Part shown: in pieces, positions 47,373 to 57,714 of the stretch
Position numbering within the stretch: position 1 is the stretch's first letter
How the letters are laid out: every line of letters begins with the position of its first letter
DNA from: Campylobacteraceae bacterium
GTDB taxonomy: Bacteria > Campylobacterota > Campylobacteria > Campylobacterales > Campylobacteraceae
NCBI GenBank assembly: GCA_031263195.1
Contig: JAISGD010000010.1
Span: forward strand, 32,075-96,074
Direction: 5' to 3'
Length of the DNA stretch: 64,000 nucleotides
Translations under genes and position numbers: made by a program
Notes under the pieces: model-generated
The model's database searches: none
Told to the model about the DNA's origin: nothing
The model's input: only the letters and a program-made list of their open reading frames with translations

Positions 47373-47945
47373 TTGGAAGATATTATAAAGGATTTGAGCA
47401 CTTACGGCTATTTGATACTCTTTTTTTACTCTCTATCAGGCGGTATAGTAGCGCTTGTAGCTGCCGGCATATTGTCCTCTCAGGGAAGCATGAATATATG
47501 GATTTGTATCGCTACGGCTATGGCAGCAAATATAATTGGCGACGCCGCTTTGGTATGGCTTAGCAGATATAATAAAAGCGCTGTTATGCCTTATATCAAA
47601 AAACATCGCAGAAAGTTAGCCCTAAGTCATTTGCTCATTAAGAGACAAGGGGCGAAGATTATCATTATGCAAAAATTTATCTATGGACTTAAAACATTAG
47701 TACCTTTGGCTATCGGTTTTACAAAGTACCCTATATTGAGGTTTAATATCATTAGCACAATCGGAGCTTGTTTATGGGCATTTGTGATGGGATTTGGCAG
47801 TTATTACGCAGGTACATATTTCGCGAAATTTTTTAATGTATTCAGCGATAAACCGTATATTGCATTGATTATCTTATTAGTATTAGTGGGTTTGATCTGG
47901 ACATATTTTAATTTCGCTACAAAAAAAAATAAGCCGCCGCTTTAA
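47373..47945 (+). CDS. DedA family membrane protein
   Basis: 190 aa with a DedA-like N-terminus (YGYLILFFYSLSGGI). TTG start. Confidence 0.85.
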   Translation: MEDIIKDLSTYGYLILFFYSLSGGIVALVAAGILSSQGSMNIWICIATAMAANIIGDAALVWLSRYNKSAVMPYIKKHRRKLALSHLLIKRQGAKIIIMQKFIYGLKTLVPLAIGFTKYPILRFNIISTIGACLWAFVMGFGSYYAGTYFAKFFNVFSDKPYIALIILLVLVGLIWTYFNFATKKNKPPL

Positions 47946-47960
47946 TCGCGGCGCAAACTT

Positions 47961-48449
47961 TTAACTCTCGGTTATCTCTATTGTTTTTATCGTATCGCCG
48001 ACCCTTATACTATCAAGCACTTTTAAAGAATTTTCGTCTACTATATCGCCAAAAACAGTGTGAATACCATCCAAATGCGGTTGTTTCGAGTGACAAATGA
48101 AAAATTGGCTTCCTCCCGTATTGCGTCCGGCATGCGCCATAGAAATAGTTCCTCTTTGGTGTTTATGTGTATTTTTGTCGCATTCGCACCCTATCTGCCA
48201 TCCAGGACCTCCGCTTCCCGTACCGTTTGGACAACCGCCTTGAATTACAAAATTTGGAATTACTCTGTGAAATTTAAGTCCATCATAAAATCCGCTTTTT
48301 GACAAATGCACAAAGTTCGCCACTGTGACCGGTGTTTCTTCTGGATAGAGTTTCAACCTCATATCACCCTTATCTGTTTTTATAACAGCGTAGGCGAATT
48401 TCGCCAACTCTTCAGATGTAAAATTATAAGTTTTAAGTGCCATAAGCAT
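47961..48449 (-). CDS. Cyclophilin-type peptidyl-prolyl cis-trans isomerase
   Basis: Motifs FHRVIPNFVIQGG and SMAHAG.NTGGSQFFI. Confidence 0.93.
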   Translation of the reverse strand: MLMALKTYNFTSEELAKFAYAVIKTDKGDMRLKLYPEETPVTVANFVHLSKSGFYDGLKFHRVIPNFVIQGGCPNGTGSGGPGWQIGCECDKNTHKHQRGTISMAHAGRNTGGSQFFICHSKQPHLDGIHTVFGDIVDENSLKVLDSIRVGDTIKTIEITES

Positions 48450-48504
48450 CCTTTTTTGAAAAATTTTTGTATTATACCAAAAGAGTATTTTTTAAAAAAG
48501 GATT

Positions 48505-49413
48505 TTGTTGAAAAGAGCAGTAATTTTACTAAATATGGGAGGAGCAAGAAGTAAAGATGAACTTAGAGAATTTCTAAAAAATATGTTTTTGGATAAAAGA
48601 ATCATCAATTCTCATGCGCGTTTTTTCGTATCATTTTTCATTAGTAATTTAAGGACTCCTAAAGTTTGGAGGGATTATGAAAAAATCGGCGGAAGTAAAA
48701 TATATGAACATACGCAAAAACTCACAAATAAGTTAAATATGTTATCAAAAGACAATTACAACGCATTTTTCGCCATGCGTTATACAAAGCCAAATGTCGT
48801 TCAGGTTTTGAAAGATAAAAATTACGATGAAGTACTGCTTTTTCCACTCTATCCGCACCTTTCGTCGACAACTACATTATCATCATTTGACGATGCGGAT
48901 ATTTTTTTAAAAGGCAAAAATATCAAAGTTAAAAAAATAAACGATTTTTTTGAAGATCAGCGATTCAATGAGACTATCATAACTTCTATCAAAAAATGCT
49001 ATAGTAAAGGAGCACATCTGATATTTTCCGCACACTCTCTGCCACTTAGCATCGCTAAAAATGATCTCTATCCAATACATATAAAAAAGCACGTTGAAAT
49101 TTTAAGTCAAATGCTCACTTGTAAGGGAATGGAATTTGAAAATATACATTTGGCTTACCAGTCAAAATTGGGACCGGTGAAGTGGCTGAGGCCCAATATC
49201 GGTGATGTTTTGCGCTCTTTGACACGTGAAAAAGTTATCGTTTATCCGCTATCTTTTACAATTGAGAATTCCGAAACTGCTTTCGAGCTCGAACTGCACT
49301 ATGCAAATATCGCCAAAAACTGCGGCGTAGCATCATATAAAGTATGCAAAGTACAAAATAGCGGTGATGACTTTGTAAAATTTATAGATGAAAAAATAAG
49401 AGAAAGTTTTTAA
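48505..49413 (+). CDS. hemH: Ferrochelatase
   Basis: AVILLNMGG, LFPLYPHLSSTTT and FSAHSLP motifs. TTG start. Confidence 0.9.
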   Translation: MLKRAVILLNMGGARSKDELREFLKNMFLDKRIINSHARFFVSFFISNLRTPKVWRDYEKIGGSKIYEHTQKLTNKLNMLSKDNYNAFFAMRYTKPNVVQVLKDKNYDEVLLFPLYPHLSSTTTLSSFDDADIFLKGKNIKVKKINDFFEDQRFNETIITSIKKCYSKGAHLIFSAHSLPLSIAKNDLYPIHIKKHVEILSQMLTCKGMEFENIHLAYQSKLGPVKWLRPNIGDVLRSLTREKVIVYPLSFTIENSETAFELELHYANIAKNCGVASYKVCKVQNSGDDFVKFIDEKIRESF

Positions 49414-49427
49414 ACCTTGCTTTTTTA

Positions 49428-50138
49428 TTACGCTATATTCGTATAGACCGCTTGAACATCGTCATCATCTTCCAAACGGTCTATAAGTTTTTCGATATCC
49501 GTTAACTGCTCTTCGCTAAATTCCATAGGTGTATTTGGAATATATTCAAGTGCCGCTTTTTTAGGCTCAATGCCAAGACTCTCCAAAGCTGTCGAAAGCA
49601 AACCGAAATCAGAATAATCCGCATACGCGTAAAACGTATCTTCGATCTCTTCAAGCTCCTCAAGTCCGCCGTCTATGAGAGATAGCTCCAAATCATCTCT
49701 GCTTATTTGCGATCTATCAAACTCAAATACCGCTTTGCGTGAAAACATAAACTCTAAAGAGCCGTTTTGCAACATCTGACCGCCGCATTTACCAAAGTGC
49801 GTTTTGATATTCGCTACAGTTCTTGTCGGATTATCCGTCGCACACTCCACCCATATAAGTGCACCGTGAGGCGCTTTGCCCTCATAATGTACTTCTTTTA
49901 TATCCTGCGCATCTTTGCCTGCAGCACGTTTAATCGCCGCTTCTATGTTGTCTTTCGGCATATTTTGTGCTTTGGCGGTTAAAATAGCCGTACGAAGCTT
50001 GGAGTTCATCTCCGGATCGAGTCCGCCCTGTTTAGCCGCCATCGTTATGGATTTAGCAAGTTTTGGAAATACTTTGGACATTTTATCCCAGCGTTTCTCT
50101 TTCGCCGCTTTGCGATATTCAAATGCTCTTCCCATCAA
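49428..50138 (-). CDS. YebC/PmpR family DNA-binding regulator
   Basis: [23 protein letters not shown]...[12 protein letters not shown] is the family signature. Confidence 0.93.
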   Translation of the reverse strand: MMGRAFEYRKAAKEKRWDKMSKVFPKLAKSITMAAKQGGLDPEMNSKLRTAILTAKAQNMPKDNIEAAIKRAAGKDAQDIKEVHYEGKAPHGALIWVECATDNPTRTVANIKTHFGKCGGQMLQNGSLEFMFSRKAVFEFDRSQISRDDLELSLIDGGLEELEEIEDTFYAYADYSDFGLLSTALESLGIEPKKAALEYIPNTPMEFSEEQLTDIEKLIDRLEDDDDVQAVYTNIA

Positions 50139-50373
50139 TCTATCCTAATTAAAATCTGCCCGTAATGATATCTCACAAAAGATAAAAAATATTTTAGCTA
50201 CCAAAAAACCATAAACTTTTTGATATAAAAACACAAAACTTGCTTGAGGCTGAGTATAAAAACGATTTAAGAATTTTGAACTATAAATATTGATAGTTTA
50301 AGAGTATCGTGATCATTTGTGACTTTCGAAATATAGTCTTCACACTACATCCATCTCCGATTGTATAAATTTT

Positions 50374-50417
50374 AATATCATTAGCGAGGGCAAGTGAGTT
50401 GTTATGCTAATGATATT
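50374..50417 (+). other. 12-bp-stem hairpin followed by a T-run, in gene-less DNA
   Basis: AATATCATTAGC-(20 nt loop)-GCTAATGATATT, then TTTT. There is no adjacent gene on either strand. It could be an orphan terminator or the 3' end of an sRNA. Confidence 0.35.
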
Positions 50418-50663
50418 TTTACCATTTAAAGATGCAATTTCAATAAATCATTGCACCAAATCTACCGTTTAATAAGTACTCCCATACATCTGCAATAGCA
50501 ATATTGATCATGCCGCCCTACTCTGCTTCCACATTTTGGCAGAAAAAATAGGCAGAATAGCCAAAAGTTTATTAGTTTATAAATATGAAATACACACACC
50601 ATATACGTTAAAGCGTTAATCAAACCTTTCCAGCAAAATAGCGAAAGCAGCACCTTTGATACA

Positions 50664-50901
50664 GTAAAGTTTTTGCGGATAACTTAGTTAATCTTTTATG
50701 CGCTAACTTTTAATGCTTGCAGCACTAAAAAGTATATATCTGTACCATTTCAACTCTGTTGAAATGCCTGCAGCGCATTGTAACAATACACCATGTACGC
50801 AAAAAGATGATTTTGAGCTTACGAAGTATGTGATAATTAAGAAAGAAACTCTTGTAACAGATTACAACAATCTCTTAGGAGCGTTTAACGCGTATAAATA
50901 G
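50664..50901 (+). pseudogene. Decayed small lipoprotein-like gene
   Basis: One frame reads (GTA)KFLRIT-TAG-LIFYALTFNAC|STKKYISVPFQLC*, a signal peptide plus lipobox interrupted by a stop. The 62-aa tracked ORF (50713-50901) continues in the +1 frame. No canonical start is in phase. Confidence 0.4.
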
Positions 50902-50910
50902 TTAGAGATA

Positions 50911-51334
50911 TTATCTATAGCTATAAAGGTAAAAAACACAACCGTCCAAAACAGTATGTTCAGTATCTTTGCTTGCATTTAAACTCCTTCTATCGTTTAT
51001 TTCACAACCTGAATTTGTAAAATATCCTCGCCATTCAACATGATTTCCGGCTGCCGCAAAATCAACCTTGTAATAGTTGTCATATAACTGCTATAGTTTG
51101 GAATTTCTTGTAGAGATGGAATACAGCACATCCAGTCACCACGCCGTTTAATTTACAGGTTACGAAAAATTCGCAATCAGTAAATGCAACATCACAAAAG
51201 CCGGTATAAAAGATGTCATTTCACACGTTTGATTGTACATTGCAGCTTTTTAAGGGTTGCTACTATCGTTCACCCCCAACAACCTGCAAAAAGAATAGCT
51301 ACAAATGTAGCAATAAAATAATTTTAAAACACAT
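50911..51334 (-). pseudogene. Decayed Cys-rich lipoprotein-like gene (multiple frameshifts/stops)
   Basis: My minus-strand reading gives ATG 51334 MCFK.., and in a shifted frame NYFIATFVAILFAGC|WG (lipobox). Fragments follow in two further frames: NDIFYTGFCDVAFTDCEFFVTCKLNGVVTGCAVFHLYKKF, and LYDNYYKVDFAAAGNHVEWRGYFTNSGCEINDRRSLNASKDTEHTVLDGCVFYLYSYR*. Confidence 0.4.
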
Positions 51335-51539
51335 ATACCCCCGTGAAATACGTTTGACGCTTGAAATTTTTAACGTTCTATTTTTAGATAGTCCAAAATT
51401 TGTGCTACCAATAAGAAATAGAAGAATACCCTATAGCTATAAGATAATTTTTAAAATATATTCTTATTAATATTAAATTAAATTTAAATATTTATAGTAA
51501 AAATGCTGAAGGATTAAGCGTTTTATAGAAAAAGAAATA

Positions 51540-52457
51540 TTAGCTTAATATATATTCCTCTATCTTTTTTATAACATAACTACGCAAAGAGATATCAAGC
51601 TTTAAAATAGATAGTGGCAAGTCGAAATGCTCCATTTTGACCGCGTCTTTTGTCGTAGTTAAAATACTTTTTGCTCCGCTTTGCTCCAAAATCTCTCTTA
51701 ATTCGCTTTCTTGAAACATATAATGGTCGGGAAATATCCGTTTAGCAGTGGTAAGTGGTAAAAATTTATCAAGCCTTGAAGGATTCGCTATAGCTGTTAC
51801 TAAAATCATATTTTCGGTTTTGTTTAGTATCATGACTTCTCTTGTAAAATCTATACCCTCTTTTAAAACCAAATCAGCTTTTTTATAGTTAAAAATACTC
51901 TCTCTGTATGCACCCGATGGGATACAAAAAGTATTGGCTGGAGATATATTTGGAAAAATGAGAATATCAAATTTTTTGATATTTACTTTGCCGAAACCAT
52001 CATCCAATATGATCATCTGAGCGCCTAATTCTTTTGCTTTTTTTATCCCTTGAGCTCTATCTTCACTTACGATAATCAAAGCATTTTGCAACTCTTGAGC
52101 ATATAGCATAGCCTCATCACCGCTTGTTTTTACATCACATAAAATCTCCCCGAAACGGCTTACCACGACTAACCCTTTGGAGAACCTCCCATAACCTCTT
52201 GAAACAATAGCCGGCTTTTTAAACTTTTTGGCTATAGCGATACAAAGCGGGGTTTTACCGCTGCCGCCCACGGTTAGATTGCCAACACTGATAATTGGTA
52301 TATGATAATCAACCGGCTTTATCACAGCGCGTCTTATTCGTGCGCATACACACCAGATAATAGCTAAAGGCAGAAGTAGAAAAGTGATAAAACGCTGAAA
52401 AAGAGATGGACGATAGAGATACTCTTCCGTCCATAAGACAAGTTTGTGTTTAAGCAC
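51540..52457 (-). CDS. lpxK: Tetraacyldisaccharide 4'-kinase
   Basis: P-loop VGNLTVGGSGKTP with an N-terminal membrane anchor. 305 aa. Confidence 0.9.
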   Translation of the reverse strand: MLKHKLVLWTEEYLYRPSLFQRFITFLLLPLAIIWCVCARIRRAVIKPVDYHIPIISVGNLTVGGSGKTPLCIAIAKKFKKPAIVSRGYGRFSKGLVVVSRFGEILCDVKTSGDEAMLYAQELQNALIIVSEDRAQGIKKAKELGAQMIILDDGFGKVNIKKFDILIFPNISPANTFCIPSGAYRESIFNYKKADLVLKEGIDFTREVMILNKTENMILVTAIANPSRLDKFLPLTTAKRIFPDHYMFQESELREILEQSGAKSILTTTKDAVKMEHFDLPLSILKLDISLRSYVIKKIEEYILS

Positions 52458-53583
52458 GACGCTGTGCTATCCTTTGTACGGTTTCACAAACATAATCAAC
52501 ATCATCATCGCTCATAGCCGCATAAATCGGTAAAGAGAGTATCTGTTGATAATTGGCCAAAGCGACGGGAAATTCATTGACTTTTAGTCCATATTTATTT
52601 TTATAATAGGATAAAAGATGCATTGGTATATAATGAAGACCCGTAAAAATACCTGCCTCTTTCAAATCCTTAGCAAATCCGTCCCGGTTTTTATCAATTT
52701 TTATGATGTATTGGCCGTATATATGGTCTCTTTTAACAACTGGTGTTCTGATATTGTGATACTTCTCAAAAGCTTTATTATAGATAGAGGCTATCTTTTT
52801 GTGTCGCGCTATACTTTTGTTTATTTTTGCGAGTTTCGCTAATATATAAGCTGCGCTGATTTCGTTTATATCGTATTTGACGCCAATATCAACTACATCA
52901 TATATATAGCCTAAATTGCCGAACTTATCCCATCCGCTGCCTACTATAGCGTGATTGATAAGCAGTTTAGCTCTTTCATACAATTCATCATCGGCCATTG
53001 TCATCATACCGCCACTCGCTGTACTGCATTTGAGGCGTGGAGAAAATCTAAAACACGATATAGCCGAATCCATAGCACCTATTTTTCTACCCTTATACGT
53101 CGCTCCAAAAGCACTTGTGGCATCATCTACGATTTTTACATTATGATGCTTTGCTAATTCGTAAATCACATCCATATCGGATGGCTGTCCTGCCATATGC
53201 GATATAAATATGCCTTTTAATTTTTTATGAGCCTCTTTAATCAGCGTTTGTTCAAGTTTATTAATATCAATATTAAAATCATCAGCGTCTATATCTACGA
53301 AAATAGGTTCGGCGTCAAAGTGCCTTACGACTTCCGCTACAGCCGGAGATGAATTTACCGAACATATAAATTTATCGCCTCGTTTTATATTCATAGCGCA
53401 CATAGCTAAATGCATAGCCGCTGTCCCGTTACAAGTAGCGATGGCGTGCTGTGCGCCTATAAATTTTGCTGCATTTATTTCAAGCTGGTCAATTTTGGAG
53501 GGTTTATCGCCTTCCAAAACTTCATTTATATATGCAAATTCCAATTTGTCAACCATTGGTCTGTAAAATGGTATTTCTCTCAT
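52450..53583 (-). CDS. DegT/DnrJ/EryC1/StrS family PLP-dependent sugar aminotransferase
   Basis: Family-typical fold with the PLP Lys region (AISCFRFSPRLKC). Likely start MREIPFYRP (53583); the track starts 6 codons earlier. It could be a PseC-like enzyme, but I cannot tell from the sequence alone. Confidence 0.85.
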   Translation of the reverse strand: MREIPFYRPMVDKLEFAYINEVLEGDKPSKIDQLEINAAKFIGAQHAIATCNGTAAMHLAMCAMNIKRGDKFICSVNSSPAVAEVVRHFDAEPIFVDIDADDFNIDINKLEQTLIKEAHKKLKGIFISHMAGQPSDMDVIYELAKHHNVKIVDDATSAFGATYKGRKIGAMDSAISCFRFSPRLKCSTASGGMMTMADDELYERAKLLINHAIVGSGWDKFGNLGYIYDVVDIGVKYDINEISAAYILAKLAKINKSIARHKKIASIYNKAFEKYHNIRTPVVKRDHIYGQYIIKIDKNRDGFAKDLKEAGIFTGLHYIPMHLLSYYKNKYGLKVNEFPVALANYQQILSLPIYAAMSDDDVDYVCETVQRIAQRRA

Positions 53584-53741
53584 AACACTACCCTCCCACA
53601 TTTAATATTACTTTTTACCTTATAATAAACATTTAAATTATACTAAAACAAAAATTAAGCAATTCTTTTAAAAAACAAAAATGGCAGTTATTTTTATTTA
53701 AAAAACTACGTTATGATTTCTTATTTCCAAAAGGATACAAA

Positions 53742-54338
53742 ATGTTTGAAATAATATCAAAACCAATGGGTTTCTTGGAGACAAACTGTTACATTATATA
53801 TTTATCAAAAGGCGAGATTATCGTTGATCCAGGTATTGGAGCAGATGAGTGGATAATACAAAATGTACAAAATCCTTTAGCTGTTTTAAATACTCACGGA
53901 CATTTTGATCATGTATGGTCAAATCGTAAATTGCAAGATAGTTTAAAAGTTATTTTATATACACCAAAAAAAGATACATTTATGTTACAAAATGATACAT
54001 TTGGATACGGAATGGACTCCAGTATTCCCGACATTGAGGTTGACGGAGACCAAAAATTTGAGATAGGAGGAGAGGTCGTAGAGTTTTTACACTTTCCGGG
54101 CCATACTCCAGGATGCAGCGTTATCAGGATGGCAGATACTATTTTTAGCGGGGATTTTATATTTAAAAATTCAATAGGAAGCACGGATTTTCCATATAGT
54201 TCATCCAAAGATATGAAAAAAAGCATTTTAAAATTTTTAGAATTTAAAGAGGATTTGAAAATTTATCCAGGACACGGAGAAAGCACGAATGTAAAAGCGG
54301 AACAAAAAAATCTACCATATTGGCTTAAGTATTTATAA
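53742..54338 (+). CDS. MBL-fold metallo-hydrolase (glyoxalase II-like)
   Basis: THGHFDHV motif, plus GHTPG and a later PGHG. Confidence 0.85.
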   Translation: MFEIISKPMGFLETNCYIIYLSKGEIIVDPGIGADEWIIQNVQNPLAVLNTHGHFDHVWSNRKLQDSLKVILYTPKKDTFMLQNDTFGYGMDSSIPDIEVDGDQKFEIGGEVVEFLHFPGHTPGCSVIRMADTIFSGDFIFKNSIGSTDFPYSSSKDMKKSILKFLEFKEDLKIYPGHGESTNVKAEQKNLPYWLKYL

Positions 54339-54500
54339 CTATTTTTCAAGAATTTTTTTTCATATTAAAATGAGTATTTTTGTTACATATAAAGTCAATG
54401 GTATCGATATAGAATTTTATATAAAATACATAAATGGTGATTTTGTACATATAATTTTGTAGAAAATTAATTTTTATCACTTATCATGCAAAGTTGATAT

Positions 54501-55394
54501 CTATTTTTTTATTTTTACATAAACCCTTTTGGGGGACGGGTATCCTTCAATAGTTTTTGAGTTGTCGTTCGGATCTAAAAAGTCTTTCAGACTTTGCCCT
54601 AAAATCCACTCCGTTTTTCTCTGTTCGGTCGCATCGGTCGGCTTTTTTGCCAGTACTTCAACTTTACTAAATCCAACCCTCTCACACCAGTTTTTAAGAG
54701 CGTTTACGGTCGGAATGAAGTAGACATTTGATATTTTTGAATAACTTTTCTTAGGGCATAACACTATATCCTCATCGCCGTCAATCATAAAAGTATCCAA
54801 AAAAAGCTCCCCATCTTTTTCAAGTCCGTTAAAGAGCGATTTTAAACACCCAAGCGGGTCGCTTCTATGGTATAAAACGCCAAGACAAAAAATCACATCA
54901 AATTTTTCGCCGTAATCCGACAAATCCTCTACGCCTAAAAGTTCATATAAAATATCTGTTTTGGCAAAACGGTTAATAAAATCAAATTGACACCAAAAAA
55001 GCGGCGTAGGGTCAAATCCTACAAGTTTTTTAGGTTTCTCTTGCAACATTTTAAAAAGATAATATCCGTTATTGCAACCGATATCGGCAACTTTTTTATC
55101 TTTAAGGTTGAAATGCGGGCGCAAAAGATTGTATTTTATAAAACTCTGCCATTCGGAATCTATAAAAAGTTCTCCTATACTAAAAGGACCTTTTCTCCAC
55201 GAACGCAAAGCAAGTGCGCATTTTTTTATCATAGAGGTATTTTGAGGCAATATATCCGATAAAGAGAGCGTAAACGCATCGCCAAAAACGATATCGGCAT
55301 TGATCTGAGGCAGAGAATCTATCATGGATCTTAGCGGTTTTATATCTTTCCACTGTACTGCCAGTTCTTTTTGGATTTTTGATTTTTCACTCAT
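54501..55394 (-). CDS. cmoB: tRNA U34 carboxymethyltransferase
   Basis: WRKGPF motif (LRSWRKGPFSIGELFIDSEWQS) and an AdoMet-MTase core (VADIGCNNGYY). Confidence 0.88.
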   Translation of the reverse strand: MSEKSKIQKELAVQWKDIKPLRSMIDSLPQINADIVFGDAFTLSLSDILPQNTSMIKKCALALRSWRKGPFSIGELFIDSEWQSFIKYNLLRPHFNLKDKKVADIGCNNGYYLFKMLQEKPKKLVGFDPTPLFWCQFDFINRFAKTDILYELLGVEDLSDYGEKFDVIFCLGVLYHRSDPLGCLKSLFNGLEKDGELFLDTFMIDGDEDIVLCPKKSYSKISNVYFIPTVNALKNWCERVGFSKVEVLAKKPTDATEQRKTEWILGQSLKDFLDPNDNSKTIEGYPSPKRVYVKIKK

Positions 55395-55467
55395 CGCTGT
55401 CCTTTTTTAAGTTCGCTTTTAAAGAAGAAATAATAGCATAAACGACTAATATTTATAAAGGTTAAAA

Positions 55468-56751
55468 ATGGATACGATAGAGATATTTAAAAGTTTTTCT
55501 TCCACGCCAAGATGCAGTTTTGATGCTCTGAAAATGAGAGATTTTATCGTCAAATCTGTTTTACCTCTCGGCTATGAAGTAAATATAGATAAAGCCAACA
55601 ATATAATATGCCGCAAAAAAAAGCCGTTACTATGCTTACAATCGCATTATGATATGGTATGTTTAGCCGATGCACCGAATGTTGAGATATATGAGAAAGA
55701 TGGTTTTTTGATGGCAAAAAACTCAACTCTTGGCGCGGATAACGGTATAGGCGTGGCATTGATGCTTTATATGATGAGTAAATTTGATAATATAGAGTGT
55801 CTTTTTACATCTGACGAAGAGGTTGGGCTTATTGGAGCTAATAACTTTGAGTATAAAATAACTGCACCATATCTTCTAAATCTTGACAGTGAAGAGGAAG
55901 GAGCAATATTCGTAGGGTGTGCAGGCGGCGTTGATATCATAGGTGAAATTGACGCGCTAAAAAAACCGTATAGAAATCGCTATAAGACATATGATATATG
56001 CATTAAGGATTTGCAGGGCGGACACTCAGGAATAGATATAGATAAAAATATTCCAAACGCTATTAAAGTTTTAGCGGAGGAATTGATAAAGAGTAAATGC
56101 GAATTGATATCCATAGACGGCGGTGAGAGGATAAACTCTATCCCAAAATCCGCATTCGCCAAAGTTTACGCGCCAAACGGCTTTACTTCAAAAAATATAG
56201 ATTTGAGCATTAAAGAGATAGAAAATGACGGCAATGTTTTGACGCATTCGGATAATATTATACAAATGCTGCAAAACTTTGTCCAAGGTGTGCGCTCATT
56301 TGATGAAAAACTCAAAATACCGAGTCAAAGTATCAATCTATCAACTGTTAAAACAGATGCAGATAAAGTAAAAGTAGAATTTTTCGCACGTGCAATGGAT
56401 AAAAAATCTTTAGAGAGTTTGAGCGATGAGACAGAAAAATTTTTGAAAAGTTTTGGTTTTAGGGTTAAAACAGAAGGATTTTCAGCTCCTTGGAAGCCGA
56501 ATATCACGCCATTTGCAAAAAAACTTCAAGCAGTAATGGGAAGATTTTTTGAAAACGTAAATTTTAAAGCGATTCATGCCGGACTTGAGTGCGGTATTTT
56601 TGAAAACAAACAAAAATCTTTGCAAGTTGTATCTATAGGTGCGAATATCAATTTCCCTCACTCTTTGCGTGAAAACTGTGAAATAGCTTCTGTCAAAAAG
56701 CTCGAAACAATAGTGACAGAGTTGATGTTAGACTTAAAGCACACTTTATAG
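55468..56751 (+). CDS. pepD: M20C family Xaa-His dipeptidase
   Basis: LQSHYDMV, TLGADNGIGVA, TSDEEVGLIGA and DSEEEGAIFVGCAGG are collinear with E. coli PepD motifs. Confidence 0.85.
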   Translation: MDTIEIFKSFSSTPRCSFDALKMRDFIVKSVLPLGYEVNIDKANNIICRKKKPLLCLQSHYDMVCLADAPNVEIYEKDGFLMAKNSTLGADNGIGVALMLYMMSKFDNIECLFTSDEEVGLIGANNFEYKITAPYLLNLDSEEEGAIFVGCAGGVDIIGEIDALKKPYRNRYKTYDICIKDLQGGHSGIDIDKNIPNAIKVLAEELIKSKCELISIDGGERINSIPKSAFAKVYAPNGFTSKNIDLSIKEIENDGNVLTHSDNIIQMLQNFVQGVRSFDEKLKIPSQSINLSTVKTDADKVKVEFFARAMDKKSLESLSDETEKFLKSFGFRVKTEGFSAPWKPNITPFAKKLQAVMGRFFENVNFKAIHAGLECGIFENKQKSLQVVSIGANINFPHSLRENCEIASVKKLETIVTELMLDLKHTL

Positions 56752-56903
56752 ATTTTGGATTTATCAAATATATAAAACAAAACAGTGCTGTTAAAATATG
56801 ATAAAATTTTTTATTTTTATAATAGGATTTTCCTCTGCTTTGTTTATATCCAGAAGTTGCAGTAAGCGATAAAAATAAAAGCCGTTATTTGTAAAAACTT
56901 GAG

Positions 56904-57548
56904 TTATTTTACCTTAAATCCATTTTTACTTTTGCAAAATTCGGTCAAAAAACATTCGTTGCATTTAGGATTTTTAGCTTTACAGATATACCTTCCGAAA
57001 AGCACCATCCCTTGGTGAAGTATATGCAGATCGTCTTTAAAAGCCGCCACCAAATCAAGCTCTGTTTTTTCCGGAGTTTTTGCTGCAGATAAGCCAAGCC
57101 TGTGAGATGTGCGGAATACATGTGTATCTACCGCCATAAAATTGGCGTTTTCGTACTCAATCATCACAACATGCGCTGTCTTTTGGCCGACACCGGCTAA
57201 ACTCATAAGCTTTGTCTCATCAAGCGGTATTTCGCCTTGAAAATTATCACTCACACTCTTAGCCATCGCGATTAGATTTTTGGCTTTATTGTTAAAAAAA
57301 GAGCAGCTTTGTATGAGAAGTTTCAGTGATTCCAAGTTTGCATTTGCCAGAGCATTTATATCTGGATAATTCTCAAAAAGAGCTGGCGTAATGATATTTA
57401 CCCTCTTATCGGTGCACTGTGCCGAGAGCATAACACATACAAGAAGCTCATAAATGTTTTTGTACGAAAGCTCTGTTTTAGCATTTTGATAATGCTCTAT
57501 AAAAATGGACTTTATTTGCGCTATCTCTTTTTTTGTTGATAATTTCAC
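56904..57548 (-). CDS. nth: Endonuclease III
   Basis: HhH-GPD (LAGVGQKTAHVV), catalytic VDTHVFR, and a C-terminal 4Fe-4S cluster CxxxxxxCxxC...C. Confidence 0.95.
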   Translation of the reverse strand: MKLSTKKEIAQIKSIFIEHYQNAKTELSYKNIYELLVCVMLSAQCTDKRVNIITPALFENYPDINALANANLESLKLLIQSCSFFNNKAKNLIAMAKSVSDNFQGEIPLDETKLMSLAGVGQKTAHVVMIEYENANFMAVDTHVFRTSHRLGLSAAKTPEKTELDLVAAFKDDLHILHQGMVLFGRYICKAKNPKCNECFLTEFCKSKNGFKVK

Positions 57549-57714
57549 TGTTTTTTATTCCTGATATATTTTAGGCTTAAGATATGAAATTTTATCATAA
57601 ATACCAAGAAAAGCATCCGATTAACATAAGTCATTAACTTATATTAATATAAAAATCAGTATAATTCAATCTTTTACCGCACTTGGCGGAAAAATTCTTT
57701 TAAAGGAAAAATAG

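Noticed and set aside
54391-54480. 29-codon ORF (MSIFVTYKVNGIDIEFYIKYINGDFVHIIL) between the convergent MBL and cmoB genes.
   Set aside because: It reads like a peptide, but it has no RBS, is very short, and sits in AT-rich terminator territory. That is insufficient evidence to call a gene.
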